Assembly (NCBI GenBank): GCA_048882385.1
Contig: JBHLRQ010000011.1
Span: 1 to 51,483, forward strand
Reading direction: 5' to 3'
Origin: Candidatus Thorarchaeota archaeon
Lineage (GTDB): Archaea; Asgardarchaeota; Thorarchaeia; Thorarchaeales; Thorarchaeaceae
Length of the DNA stretch: 51,483 nucleotides
Below are positions 1 to 8,962 of the stretch, in pieces. Every line of letters starts with the position of its first letter. The stretch's first letter is position 1. Position numbers and translations under genes: made by a program. The notes under the pieces were generated by a model that was not told where the DNA came from, searched no databases, and saw only the letters and a list, made by a program, of their open reading frames with translations.

Positions 1-2
1 GC

Positions 3-1373
3 AACATCCTCGGCAGTGATTGGTTCACCGTCAGTCCATGTTGCATTCTGAATGATATCCACAGTGAACCGTGTGTGGCCCTCTGGTACGTCAGCATTGT
101 CAGCGTGAGTTTCCTTGATGTAACTCTCAGCAAGATCTGGATGTGGTTCCATGTTAGGATCAAAGCTATATAATGAAGGCCATAGGTTGCTTAGGATTGC
201 AGCAGAGTATGCTGAGTTTGTCGTATAGATGTTGAAGCTATCAGGCTCTTGACCAATACGAATTGTGACTGTACCACCGTGAACAGCATCAATTGGATTG
301 ATCTTTCGAGCAGTCCATGGACCTGCGATGTATCTACCTTGGTCCTGAACATGTCCTTGGAATGTGTCAATTCTATATGCCTGCATGTAGGTGTTCTCAT
401 ATACAACGAGTCTTGGCACTGTGTAATGGAGTATCCTCTGCATTGCAGCAGAGGCTTCCTCGATTTCAGCAGCGTTTCCATAGAGGAGTTGATCTATCCA
501 GGAGTCGAAAGTTGCATTAACATACATGCATGGATTCTGATAGGGCAGTGTTGCTAGTTCACTATCAAATAATTGAGGTAGCCAATCGACATCGTTGACA
601 TAGTAGTTACTTGCATAAAAGACCATGTCCCAACCAGATTCGTGGCTGTCAAGCATTGAGATGTATGCGTTGAAGTCTGCAGCCTGTGTGTCTGCGTTGA
701 CACCAATGGCACGTAGTGCATCCACACCAATCTGGGCTGTTGCACCAGCAATGGCTTCAGAGTCCTGTGAGTACTGAATTATGATCTCAAATGGTGAACC
801 ATCTGGAGCTTCCCTCCAGTCATCAGCATCTCCAGTATCAAGGAATCCGGCATCGTTCAGAAGTTGGTTTGCTGTGTCCAAGTCAGACTCGTAGTAGTGC
901 CATTCAAGCTCGTCCTCTATAGAGTATGTGCTGACATATGGCACAAGTGAGTCCTGTTCACGTGAGAATCCATCATGGACTTCAGACGTGACTCTATACT
1001 TATCAAAGGCAAATGCAAATGCTCTTCGGAATTCGGTTATGTTTGTTGGATAGTCACGACAGTTTATGGTTATATGACCATATCCGTTTCTTAGCGCAGA
1101 GGCTATTTCTATATCAGGGTCTGCATCCAAAACAGGAAGATGAACCGGTTGAAAGAAACTATTATCCATTTCAACCTCTCCTGCTTGGATAGCGAGAACT
1201 GCCTGATCATCGCTAGATATCACTTGGTAAACAATCTTGTCTACGTATGGACCTACGTTTAGATCTTCTGGCACAGGAAGGACTGCTTTTGTCAGTCCCG
1301 GTGATAATGCCATAAAAACAAAGGTCACAACGAAGGTGATAGCTAACAATCTCTTATTTCGATTTGTAAGCAT
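3..1373 (-). CDS. ABC transporter family-5 (peptide/nickel) substrate-binding protein, 5' part (runs off the left edge; not in ORF track)
   Basis: Manual translation from ATG at 1373: MLTNRNKRLLAITFVVTFVFMALSPG (signal-peptide-like)...GPYVDKIVYQV...FRRAFAFAFDK...GGTVTIRIGQEPDSFN...DLAES...ATWTDGEPITAEDV; adjacent to Dpp permeases. Confidence 0.9.
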   Translation of the reverse strand, partial: MLTNRNKRLLAITFVVTFVFMALSPGLTKAVLPVPEDLNVGPYVDKIVYQVISSDDQAVLAIQAGEVEMDNSFFQPVHLPVLDADPDIEIASALRNGYGHITINCRDYPTNITEFRRAFAFAFDKYRVTSEVHDGFSREQDSLVPYVSTYSIEDELEWHYYESDLDTANQLLNDAGFLDTGDADDWREAPDGSPFEIIIQYSQDSEAIAGATAQIGVDALRAIGVNADTQAADFNAYISMLDSHESGWDMVFYASNYYVNDVDWLPQLFDSELATLPYQNPCMYVNATFDSWIDQLLYGNAAEIEEASAAMQRILHYTVPRLVVYENTYMQAYRIDTFQGHVQDQGRYIAGPWTARKINPIDAVHGGTVTIRIGQEPDSFNIYTTNSAYSAAILSNLWPSLYSFDPNMEPHPDLAESYIKETHADNADVPEGHTRFTVDIIQNATWTDGEPITAEDV

Positions 1374-1529
1374 GTTTTCTCTATCTCCATTCTATCCGAG
1401 TCGATATCGGATGGAGCGAAATCGCTGGAGATTATTAAAAGAGTAATTAATGTTGTAGTTGTTGAGGTAAAATTGCACAGCCATTGCGTGGAAATTTCTT
1501 TGAAAAATAGGGATTTGCGAAGAATTGGA

Positions 1530-1570
1530 AAATAAAAAGAAGAGAGAGGAGCACTTGGCTCCCTCAAAAA
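1530..1570 (-). terminator. Putative terminator after first dppB copy
   Basis: On the minus strand a GAGGGAGC/GCTCCTC hairpin followed by a pyrimidine/T run immediately after the stop codon. Confidence 0.5.
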
Positions 1571-2632
1571 TTATCCGTACTTGATTCTCGGATCAAGCAC
1601 TCCATACAGTAGGTCAGCAACAAAGTTGGCTAATACTGCGGTTATGGCTATTATCATGAAGATTGCTTGAATGACTGGGTAGTCCAATAATAGCAGACTA
1701 TCGAAGATGAATCGTCCTAGACCACGCCACGTGAACACTGTTTCCGTTAATGTTGCACCGTTTATTAGGAACCCAAACGTCATCGCGATTATTGTTACCA
1801 TTGGCAGCATCGCATTCTTCAATCCATGCTTGTACAAAACTTGGTTTTCATCAAGTCCCTTTGCTCGGGCAGTAAGAATGTAGTCTTCTGTCATGACATC
1901 GATGAGGTTGTTTCTCATGTATAGGAAATATCCACCATATCCTCCCACACCTAGAGTAATCATAGGCAAGAATAGATGGTGAAGTAAATCTCCAGTGACC
2001 ATGAGCGCACCGAATGGACTTGTTCGAGCCACCTCCCAGACATCATAGCTTATAGTTCCAAACTGTGGAAATCCAAGACGGACACCCCAAACTGCCTCAG
2101 TCCACTCAGGGAGCATGAAGCCAAAGATGAGAAGCAGCATCATCCCTAACCAGAAAATTGGTAGCGCATAGATAAACAGTGCCACCGTGACTGCACCCAC
2201 ATCCTTTCTCGAACCAGGATCTGCTGCTACTTTGACACCGGTCCAGATACCCAGAAGAATTGAAACCATTGATGAGGTTCCCATGAGCAATAGAGTATTT
2301 GGTAGTCTTTCGATGATAGCAGTCATCACTGGTTGCTGTGTCAGAAATGAAACTCCGAAGTTGCCTGTAAACATACTAACGATGTAGCGCCAGAACATAT
2401 AGATCCAGTCAAAGATGTCTGGATCAGGCACAAGTCCAAAGTTTGCAAACATCTGTTCGAGCAAATCTTGAGTCAGATTTCGACGAAGCTCGTCACTAAG
2501 CATTAGACTAACGGGGCTTGCTCCAAATAAGAATGTAGGAAGTCTGAATAGGAAGAAGTTGAAGCACACAACTGCAATAATCAACAGAAACATGTAGATG
2601 CTTCTTCGAATGATATATTCTCGAAGTCCCAT
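1571..2632 (-). CDS. dppB: Peptide/nickel ABC transporter permease, DppB/OppB type (copy 1)
   Basis: FTGNFGVS, ERLPNTLLL, EDYILTARAKGL (EAA loop), ETVFTWRGLG, DLLYGVLDPRI; GGAGTG upstream of ATG. Confidence 0.95.
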   Translation of the reverse strand: MGLREYIIRRSIYMFLLIIAVVCFNFFLFRLPTFLFGASPVSLMLSDELRRNLTQDLLEQMFANFGLVPDPDIFDWIYMFWRYIVSMFTGNFGVSFLTQQPVMTAIIERLPNTLLLMGTSSMVSILLGIWTGVKVAADPGSRKDVGAVTVALFIYALPIFWLGMMLLLIFGFMLPEWTEAVWGVRLGFPQFGTISYDVWEVARTSPFGALMVTGDLLHHLFLPMITLGVGGYGGYFLYMRNNLIDVMTEDYILTARAKGLDENQVLYKHGLKNAMLPMVTIIAMTFGFLINGATLTETVFTWRGLGRFIFDSLLLLDYPVIQAIFMIIAITAVLANFVADLLYGVLDPRIKYG

Positions 2633-2652
2633 TTATAGACGCACTCCGTTTT

Positions 2653-2689
2653 TATACTAGTACCTAGTGATACTAAGTACTATAGTATA
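2653..2689 (-). promoter_or_regulatory. Inverted repeat/hairpin just upstream of the RBS of dppB copy 1
   Basis: tagtacctagt-gat-actaagtacta on + strand; conserved upstream of copy 2. Confidence 0.55.
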
Positions 2690-2771
2690 GAATTCACAAC
2701 CCTCAACCTAATAAAAGTAATGCTCAAGGCTGATGAGTATAACTTTCGCTTCAACATCGATAAACAAATGA

Positions 2772-2792
2772 AAGAGAGCACAAAGCTCTCTT
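2772..2792 (-). terminator. Putative terminator hairpin after dppB copy 2
   Basis: Perfect 8-bp stem aagagagc/gctctctt, 5-nt loop, T-rich tail on minus strand, 5 nt after the stop codon. Confidence 0.5.
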
Positions 2793-2797
2793 GAGAA

Positions 2798-3859
2798 TCA
2801 TCCGTACTTGATTCGTGGATCTAACACACCATATAGTAAGTCAGCCACAAAGTTTGCTAGAACAGCTGTAATGGCAATGATCATGAATATAGCTTGGATT
2901 ACAGGATAGTCTAGCAGCAACAAACTGTCGAATATGTAGCGCCCCATTCCTCGCCACGTAAACACCGTTTCTGTTAGTGTCGCACCATCTATCAAGAATC
3001 CAAACGTCATTGCGATTATTGTGACCATAGGAAGCATTGCATTCTTCAATCCGTGTTTGTAAAGAACTTGATTATCGTCAAGACCCTTTGCACGAGCAGT
3101 CAGAATGTAGTCTTCCGTCATGACATCGATGAGATTGTTTCGCATATACAAGAAATAGCCACCATAACCACCAACACCCAATGTTATCATTGGTAAGAAC
3201 AGGTGGTGAAGGAGATCTGCAGTGACCATGAGCGCACCGAATGGACTTGTTCGAGCCACCTCCCAGACATCATAGCTTATAGTTCCAAACTGTGGGAATC
3301 CAATCCGGACTCCCCAAATAGATTCAGTAAAATTTGGAAGCATGAAGCCAAAAATAAGCAACAGCATCATTCCCATCCAGAAGATAGGCAAAGCGTAGAT
3401 AAAAAGCGCGACCGTGACTGCACCCACATCCTTTCTCGAACCAGGATCTGCTGCAACCTTGACACCAGTCCAGATACCCAGAAGAATTGAAACCATTGAT
3501 GAGGTTCCCATAAGCAATAGGGTGTTGGGTAACCTTTCGATAATTGAGGTCATCACTGGCTGCTGCGTCAGAAATGAAACTCCGAAGTTCCCAGTGAACA
3601 TATTGACCAAGTAGCGCCAGAACATATAGATCCAGTCAAAGATGTCTGGGTCTGGCACTAGTCCGAAGTTGGCATACATTTGCTCCAATAAATCAGTGGT
3701 TAGATTACGACGAAGCTCGTCACTTAACATTAGACTGACTGGACTTGCTCCAAACATGAATGTAGGTAATCTGAATAGGAAGAAGTTGAAGCAAATTACA
3801 ACTACAATCAATAGAAACATGTAGATGCTTCTTCGGATTACATATTCTCGAAGTCCCAC
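2798..3859 (-). CDS. dppB: Peptide/nickel ABC transporter permease, DppB/OppB type (copy 2)
   Basis: Near-identical paralogue of 1571..2632; GTG at 3859 aligns with the ATG of copy 1, gives the same 353 aa length and has the same GGAGTG spacing. Confidence 0.95.
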   Translation of the reverse strand: MGLREYVIRRSIYMFLLIVVVICFNFFLFRLPTFMFGASPVSLMLSDELRRNLTTDLLEQMYANFGLVPDPDIFDWIYMFWRYLVNMFTGNFGVSFLTQQPVMTSIIERLPNTLLLMGTSSMVSILLGIWTGVKVAADPGSRKDVGAVTVALFIYALPIFWMGMMLLLIFGFMLPNFTESIWGVRIGFPQFGTISYDVWEVARTSPFGALMVTADLLHHLFLPMITLGVGGYGGYFLYMRNNLIDVMTEDYILTARAKGLDDNQVLYKHGLKNAMLPMVTIIAMTFGFLIDGATLTETVFTWRGMGRYIFDSLLLLDYPVIQAIFMIIAITAVLANFVADLLYGVLDPRIKYG

Positions 3860-3883
3860 TTTCAGACGCACTCCGTATTAATC

Positions 3884-3908
3884 CAGTACCTAGCGATACT
3901 AAGTACTG
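3884..3908 (-). promoter_or_regulatory. Inverted repeat/hairpin upstream of dppB copy 2
   Basis: cagtacctagc-gat-actaagtactg; homologue of 2653..2689. Confidence 0.55.
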
Positions 3909-4022
3909 TGCTGAACTATCATAGAATATCAACTTAATAAAATTAGTGCTTCGGGCTAAAGATTTTAAAAAATGAAAAGAAGGAGAAAGGAGGTCAAGAA
4001 TAGACCCCCTGCTCCTAGTGTT

Positions 4023-5597
4023 CTATCTCTCTCTGAGTCGTGGGTTCATTACTTGATCTAACGTATGTCCAACAAACGTGAAGGACAGCGAGAGTAGAGT
4101 GATCATCAGACCTGGGAATAATACAACCCACCAAGCTCCAGTAATAAAAGCTCCACCGGATCTTGCATCAGCGAGCATTCGTCCCCAGCTTGGATCTTCT
4201 GGGTCTGTCAGTCCTAGGAATGATAGACCAGCCTCAGAAAGAATTGCGCCAACGACTCCAAGTGTGATATTCGCAAATAGAATTGGCGTTACGTTGGGCA
4301 GGATATGTCGGAACATGATATACGTGTCCGAGGCACCTATTGCTCTGGCTGATTCGACATAGGCCTTGTTCTTTTCAGCCAAGACCTGAGACCGTATCAG
4401 CCGCGACGTTCCTGTCCACCCTAATATCGCGATTACGATGATGATGTTTTGTATCGAAGCTCCTAGGAACGCCGCAAGCACCATCATCAACGGCAATCCG
4501 GGAATGACAAGTAAGAAGTCGACAACACGCATCAAGACCTCATCGACCTTCCCTCCGAAGTATCCAGCCACCATTCCCACAATAACCCCAACACCGGTGG
4601 ATAGTCCAGTAGCCAAGATACCTATGATGAGTGAGATTCTAGTACCGTAAATGAGTTGTGCCCATGCATCAGAGCCCCAGTTAGTAGTCCCCATAACTCC
4701 AAAGTATTGCCCGTAGGCAATCATCTTGAGGCTGTCGACTGTGAAAGTAACAGAGCCGGACCAGTTGAGGCGTGGGTAATCGTAAGAGGCATATTCAATG
4801 AAACGATGTGGTGCAAGACCCACCCTAACACGAATGGTATCATAAGGATCTTCCTGAGTTCCATTCACTTGAGTCATTCCATCAAAGATGTCCTTTAGAC
4901 TTAGATAGTTCAAGCTGATTCTTCTTTCCCTGATTGTTTCGTCATAAGTCGCCGCTCTAGACTCATATACCTTAGTCCAGTCATTTGAGGAATCAACAAC
5001 CCAGACAAAAATTCTAAACATCAAGTTATTGGATGGCTGAGCACCTGGTGCGAAGTCACCAGTCAAAGTTGTACTGTAGGATATAGACATGTTCACGTCA
5101 CTGGGACGATTATTGTAGGTCCAGTTTACAGTTTGTTCAAAGTAGACATAGTCGTTGTAATCTGGTAGCGTATCTTCTGGATCCGCACCAAGGAAATCAA
5201 GATCAGCACCCGCTGTATGTGTCCATGTTAGATTCACATAACTATCATCACTCGTTTCCGTTGGTCCAACATGTACTCCAGTGAATTCTCCACTAGTCCC
5301 GTTCACTCCAATATATGGATCTTGTTCGATTTCAGGATCATCTAATAGATCACCTGTGACAACACCATTTGGATCAAACACCGCAAGCCAGGATGGTGCA
5401 AGAAAACCTGGAGCGATCTTGTGCTGTGGTGTTGGATCTTCTGCTGCAATATAAGGAGCAAAGATAGCAATTCCAAAGAACATGAACATCACGGTAAGAC
5501 CGACTATACCAATTCGGTGCTTTCGATATTCACCCCAGAAATTTGAAAAACTAACATACCAGTTACTATCTTTCCAACCCTTTTTTGACCCGGACAA
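4023..5597 (-). CDS. dppC: Peptide ABC transporter permease DppC/OppC type with a large extracytoplasmic insertion
   Basis: MGTTNWGSD, IYGTRISL, YVESARAIGAS, HILPN, EAGLSFLG, PSWGRML; TTG start after GGAGGA. Confidence 0.92.
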   Translation of the reverse strand: MSGSKKGWKDSNWYVSFSNFWGEYRKHRIGIVGLTVMFMFFGIAIFAPYIAAEDPTPQHKIAPGFLAPSWLAVFDPNGVVTGDLLDDPEIEQDPYIGVNGTSGEFTGVHVGPTETSDDSYVNLTWTHTAGADLDFLGADPEDTLPDYNDYVYFEQTVNWTYNNRPSDVNMSISYSTTLTGDFAPGAQPSNNLMFRIFVWVVDSSNDWTKVYESRAATYDETIRERRISLNYLSLKDIFDGMTQVNGTQEDPYDTIRVRVGLAPHRFIEYASYDYPRLNWSGSVTFTVDSLKMIAYGQYFGVMGTTNWGSDAWAQLIYGTRISLIIGILATGLSTGVGVIVGMVAGYFGGKVDEVLMRVVDFLLVIPGLPLMMVLAAFLGASIQNIIIVIAILGWTGTSRLIRSQVLAEKNKAYVESARAIGASDTYIMFRHILPNVTPILFANITLGVVGAILSEAGLSFLGLTDPEDPSWGRMLADARSGGAFITGAWWVVLFPGLMITLLSLSFTFVGHTLDQVMNPRLRER

Positions 5598-5724
5598 TTA
5601 ATTTCCTCCATTAATCAGAATCGATGAAACCAAGAGCCTAGCACAGAGAGCACAAAGCAGATTGGATCCACCTTTTCTCTAATATCGACAATATGACGTG
5701 AACCCCGAATTTTCCCTAAAAAAG

Positions 5725-5758
5725 CAATTGGTTCGGGTAGCCACAATTAGTTCGGGTA
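5725..5758. repeat. Direct repeat caatt(g/a)gttcgggta x2, upstream of dppC
   Basis: 5725-5739 and 5744-5758, 14/15 identical; partial inverted copy (cccgaa) at about 5704-5709. Confidence 0.5.
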
Positions 5759-5777
5759 TGCAAGATTCTTGAAAGTA

Positions 5778-6095
5778 TCATTCATCTCCAAGAGTTTCTT
5801 CGAAAGGATCTTCATCAAAATCCTGGTCATCTTCAGTTTCTAATCCCTTCTCTTCTCGTTCTCGTATTATCTGTTTAGTCCTTCTATGAGAGGCCCAGAG
5901 GTCTGCAAAAACCATCCCGACCAAGAATATCGTCAGAACACCAGTAAGTGACAGAATGGCACCAATGAATTGAAAACCCGGAATGAACATCAGAGCTGAT
6001 CCCCCAAACAAGAGAACTACAGGAATTAGTAGAATGCGTTTTTGCGGTTCACGTCTCGTCCTGGGGAAAGATCTAATCTCTGGCATTGTGATCAA
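5778..6095 (-). CDS. Small hypothetical membrane protein (2 TM, acidic tail)
   Basis: Two hydrophobic segments, acidic C-terminus, AGGAGG upstream. Confidence 0.7.
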   Translation of the reverse strand: MITMPEIRSFPRTRREPQKRILLIPVVLLFGGSALMFIPGFQFIGAILSLTGVLTIFLVGMVFADLWASHRRTKQIIREREEKGLETEDDQDFDEDPFEETLGDE

Positions 6096-6312
6096 TGAGC
6101 CTCCTAGAAAATGAACTCCCTTTTACCTTTTCTAATTAAGCGAAAGAATAGTTCAAAGAGAAATTCACTATTGTGATGAAAATTACTATCAGCGTCCACT
6201 GATTAATGTCTTTGAAAGCAACATATTTAAGCCAACCTAAGGGCATCGGTACCCCACAAGGGTGAGGTGATTCCACACCCAGAGCCAGACCGGCTCATCG
6301 GAGTGTACAAAC

Positions 6313-7302
6313 ATGCCCCTGCTTGACATTAGGAATTTACGCATGTATTACCAGACTCAGAAGGGTCTAGTAAAAGCGGTCGACGATGTTTCTCTCACAC
6401 TTGAGCCGGGAGAATCAGTTGGACTTGCAGGAGAATCAGGTTGTGGTAAGAGCAGCTTGGCTTATTCTATCATGCAACTCCTTCCACCTGCTGCCAATAT
6501 AATTGGTGGAAACGTCTACTTCAAGGGCGATGACTTGATTCGTAAGACTGCAAAAGAGATGCGGGATATACGCTGGAAGAATGTTGCCATTGTGTTCCAG
6601 GGTGCAATGAACGCGTTGAATCCCGTTTTTGAGATAGGAGAACAGATAGCTGAAGCGATCCTCATGCACGAAAATGTCACTGAGGAAGAAGCGCTTGATA
6701 GATGTGCTAAACTTTTTGAGATGGTTGGTCTTGATCCTGGGCGGCTTCATAACTATCCACATGAATTTTCAGGCGGGATGCGTCAAAGAGCCATGATTGC
6801 AATGGCATTGGCGTGTAATCCAGATTTAGTTATTGCAGACGAACCAACAACAGCATTAGACGTCACAATACAAGCTCAGATTCTTAAGCTTATGCAGAAG
6901 CTACAGAAAGACTTGGGACTTTCACTCATTCTAATCACACATGACTTGAGTGTTATAGCTGAAACTTGTGACAAGACAGCTATTATGTACGCTGGCAAAA
7001 TTGCTGAGCTTGCAGATGTGGTCTCTGTCTTCAAAGATCCTATACACCCATATGCTACAGGTCTTGTAGGTGCAATTCCAAGTATGGTGAAAGCAGAGCA
7101 GAAGAAACTGACTTCAATCCCAGGCTCACCACCGGATCTCATTGCCCCTCCACCAGGGTGTCGCTTCCATCCAAGATGTCCTTATGCACAGGATATCTGT
7201 TCAAAGGAAGATCCAATAGCCCTTGAGGTTGAACCTGATAGATTCGTGTCATGCCACTTTGCTGAGCAGCTTAGAGGAGAGATGGAGATAGATTTGGGGT
7301 GA
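6313..7302 (+). CDS. dppD: Peptide ABC transporter ATP-binding protein DppD/OppD
   Basis: GESGCGKS, FSGGMRQR, IADEPTTALD, C-terminal HPY and GCRFHPRCP. Confidence 0.96.
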   Translation: MPLLDIRNLRMYYQTQKGLVKAVDDVSLTLEPGESVGLAGESGCGKSSLAYSIMQLLPPAANIIGGNVYFKGDDLIRKTAKEMRDIRWKNVAIVFQGAMNALNPVFEIGEQIAEAILMHENVTEEEALDRCAKLFEMVGLDPGRLHNYPHEFSGGMRQRAMIAMALACNPDLVIADEPTTALDVTIQAQILKLMQKLQKDLGLSLILITHDLSVIAETCDKTAIMYAGKIAELADVVSVFKDPIHPYATGLVGAIPSMVKAEQKKLTSIPGSPPDLIAPPPGCRFHPRCPYAQDICSKEDPIALEVEPDRFVSCHFAEQLRGEMEIDLG

Positions 7303-7308
7303 TAGTAA

Positions 7309-8367
7309 ATGACAATTGACGAATCAAGAGTATTAGAAGGATCCTCAGATATTCGAGACGGAGAAACGATCATTGCTGTGAAGAATATGAGAAAGTGGTT
7401 CCCGGTTAACACAGGGTTCCTTTCCTCAATGTTGTATAAGCAGGAGTTATTTGTTAAAGCAGTGGATGGTGTTACCTTCGATATCATCAAGGGAGAAGTT
7501 CTTGTTCTTGCAGGTGAAAGCGGATGTGGAAAAACCACAACTGGCAGATGCATTCTTCATCTTGAAATTCCAACTGATGGCGACGTGATATATGCAGGAC
7601 AAAGTCTGTCCACACTCGACCGCAATGAAATCAAAGAACTCAGGAAAAGAATGCAAATTACATTCCAAGATCCTTACGAGTCATTGAACCCCAAGCAGAG
7701 CATCTTCAGCATTGTAGAAGAACCACTTCTGGTCCACAAAATTCCTCTCTCACCAAGTCAGAGGCGTCAGAGAGTTCTTGAAGCACTTGAAAGTGTTGCA
7801 CTAACTCCAGCAGAAGATTATATCGATAGATATCCGCACGAGCTTTCGGGTGGTCAGCGCCAGAGGATTTCTGTAGCAAGAGCTCTTATTCTTCACCCTG
7901 AGTTCATGGTAGCTGATGAGCCAGTATCTATGCTTGACGTATCCATTCGTGCAGAAATTCTTAATCTGTTGCTTAATCTAAGAGAAGAGCTAGGACTCAC
8001 ATACTTGTTCATCACACACGACTTGGCTGTGGCTACATATATCGCTGATAGAATCGCTATCATGTATCTCGGAAAGATCATGGAGCTTGGACCAGCACAT
8101 GAGGTGGCCTTCAATCCATTACACCCGTACACTCGCGCTCTAATTTCTGCAGTGCCATCAGGAGACCCCACAGTAAAACGACGAGTTGAGTCACTTAAAG
8201 GTGAGCCGCCGAGTCCCATAAATGTACCATCAGGATGTAGATTCCATCCCAGATGCCCATATGCTCAGGAAATATGTGTACGAGAGGTTCCTGAGGACCG
8301 AGACCTAGGCGAAGGACACATCGTTGCATGTCATTTCGCTGGTGAGCTTCCAGAGGCACAGCTCTGA
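7309..8367 (+). CDS. dppF: Peptide ABC transporter ATP-binding protein DppF/OppF
   Basis: GESGCGKT, FQDPYESLNP, LSGGQRQR, VADEPVSMLD, HPYTRAL, GCRFHPRCP. Confidence 0.96.
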   Translation: MTIDESRVLEGSSDIRDGETIIAVKNMRKWFPVNTGFLSSMLYKQELFVKAVDGVTFDIIKGEVLVLAGESGCGKTTTGRCILHLEIPTDGDVIYAGQSLSTLDRNEIKELRKRMQITFQDPYESLNPKQSIFSIVEEPLLVHKIPLSPSQRRQRVLEALESVALTPAEDYIDRYPHELSGGQRQRISVARALILHPEFMVADEPVSMLDVSIRAEILNLLLNLREELGLTYLFITHDLAVATYIADRIAIMYLGKIMELGPAHEVAFNPLHPYTRALISAVPSGDPTVKRRVESLKGEPPSPINVPSGCRFHPRCPYAQEICVREVPEDRDLGEGHIVACHFAGELPEAQL

Positions 8368-8454
8368 GAGTAATGATTATGGATTGCGGGTGTCGCCAAT
8401 GGCCACCCGTACATATTTCATCTTTTCATCTCAGAATTCCAAAGAGGTGGCTGT

Positions 8455-8892
8455 GTGACAGAAGCTGAAGATAGACCCAAGATTCTTCGTGCAATAAAGA
8501 AATGCCTTGAGAATGGAAACGAGTATTTCGCAAATGCTATGAATACTCTTGATGAAATTGGTAGAGGGTCTCTTGGAGTTGGCATGACTCCATTAGTTGG
8601 AGGATATGCAATGAAAGATCCAAAAGAAAACTATCGAACCGCTCTAATCAATATTGATTCTGCAGAGAAGGCCTTAATGCCACTGATCAAGCGTTTTAAA
8701 GATGGTAGAGTCAACCAATCACATTTTACATCAGAAAGAGCAATGGTTATTCTGGGAGACATTGCTGGGTTTGAGTTTGAAATACTAATCAGGAAGCTCT
8801 CAGAAGGTAGTGGACGTGAATCAATCTGGTACCGTCTAAAAGAAATTCGAGCTAAGATGGATGAACTTCAAAATCTAGTTGCAGAAACATAA
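8455..8892 (+). CDS. Hypothetical alpha-helical protein
   Basis: 145-aa ORF with GAGGTGG RBS before GTG; no recognised motif. Confidence 0.75.
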   Translation: MTEAEDRPKILRAIKKCLENGNEYFANAMNTLDEIGRGSLGVGMTPLVGGYAMKDPKENYRTALINIDSAEKALMPLIKRFKDGRVNQSHFTSERAMVILGDIAGFEFEILIRKLSEGSGRESIWYRLKEIRAKMDELQNLVAET

Positions 8893-8962
8893 GAGTCTGC
8901 AGAGCTAACAAAGATAATAACGATTCACTCGCATTCTCAAGTTTAGAGAGTGGTCTAGGCTC

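Noticed and set aside
191-1567. Short ORFs listed in the track at 191-751, 1237-1446 and 1343-1567
   Set aside because: They overlap the substrate-binding protein frame (3..1373, minus) or its upstream region and show no recognisable motifs
2187-3614. Two near-identical plus-strand 66-aa ORFs (MTAPTSFLEPG...)
   Set aside because: Antisense shadows of the duplicated dppB genes, not an independent repeat family
2773-5658. Exact 14-mer agagagcacaaagc at 2773 and 5645
   Set aside because: A few 14-mer matches are expected by chance in 51 kb; the contexts differ (terminator stem versus leader)
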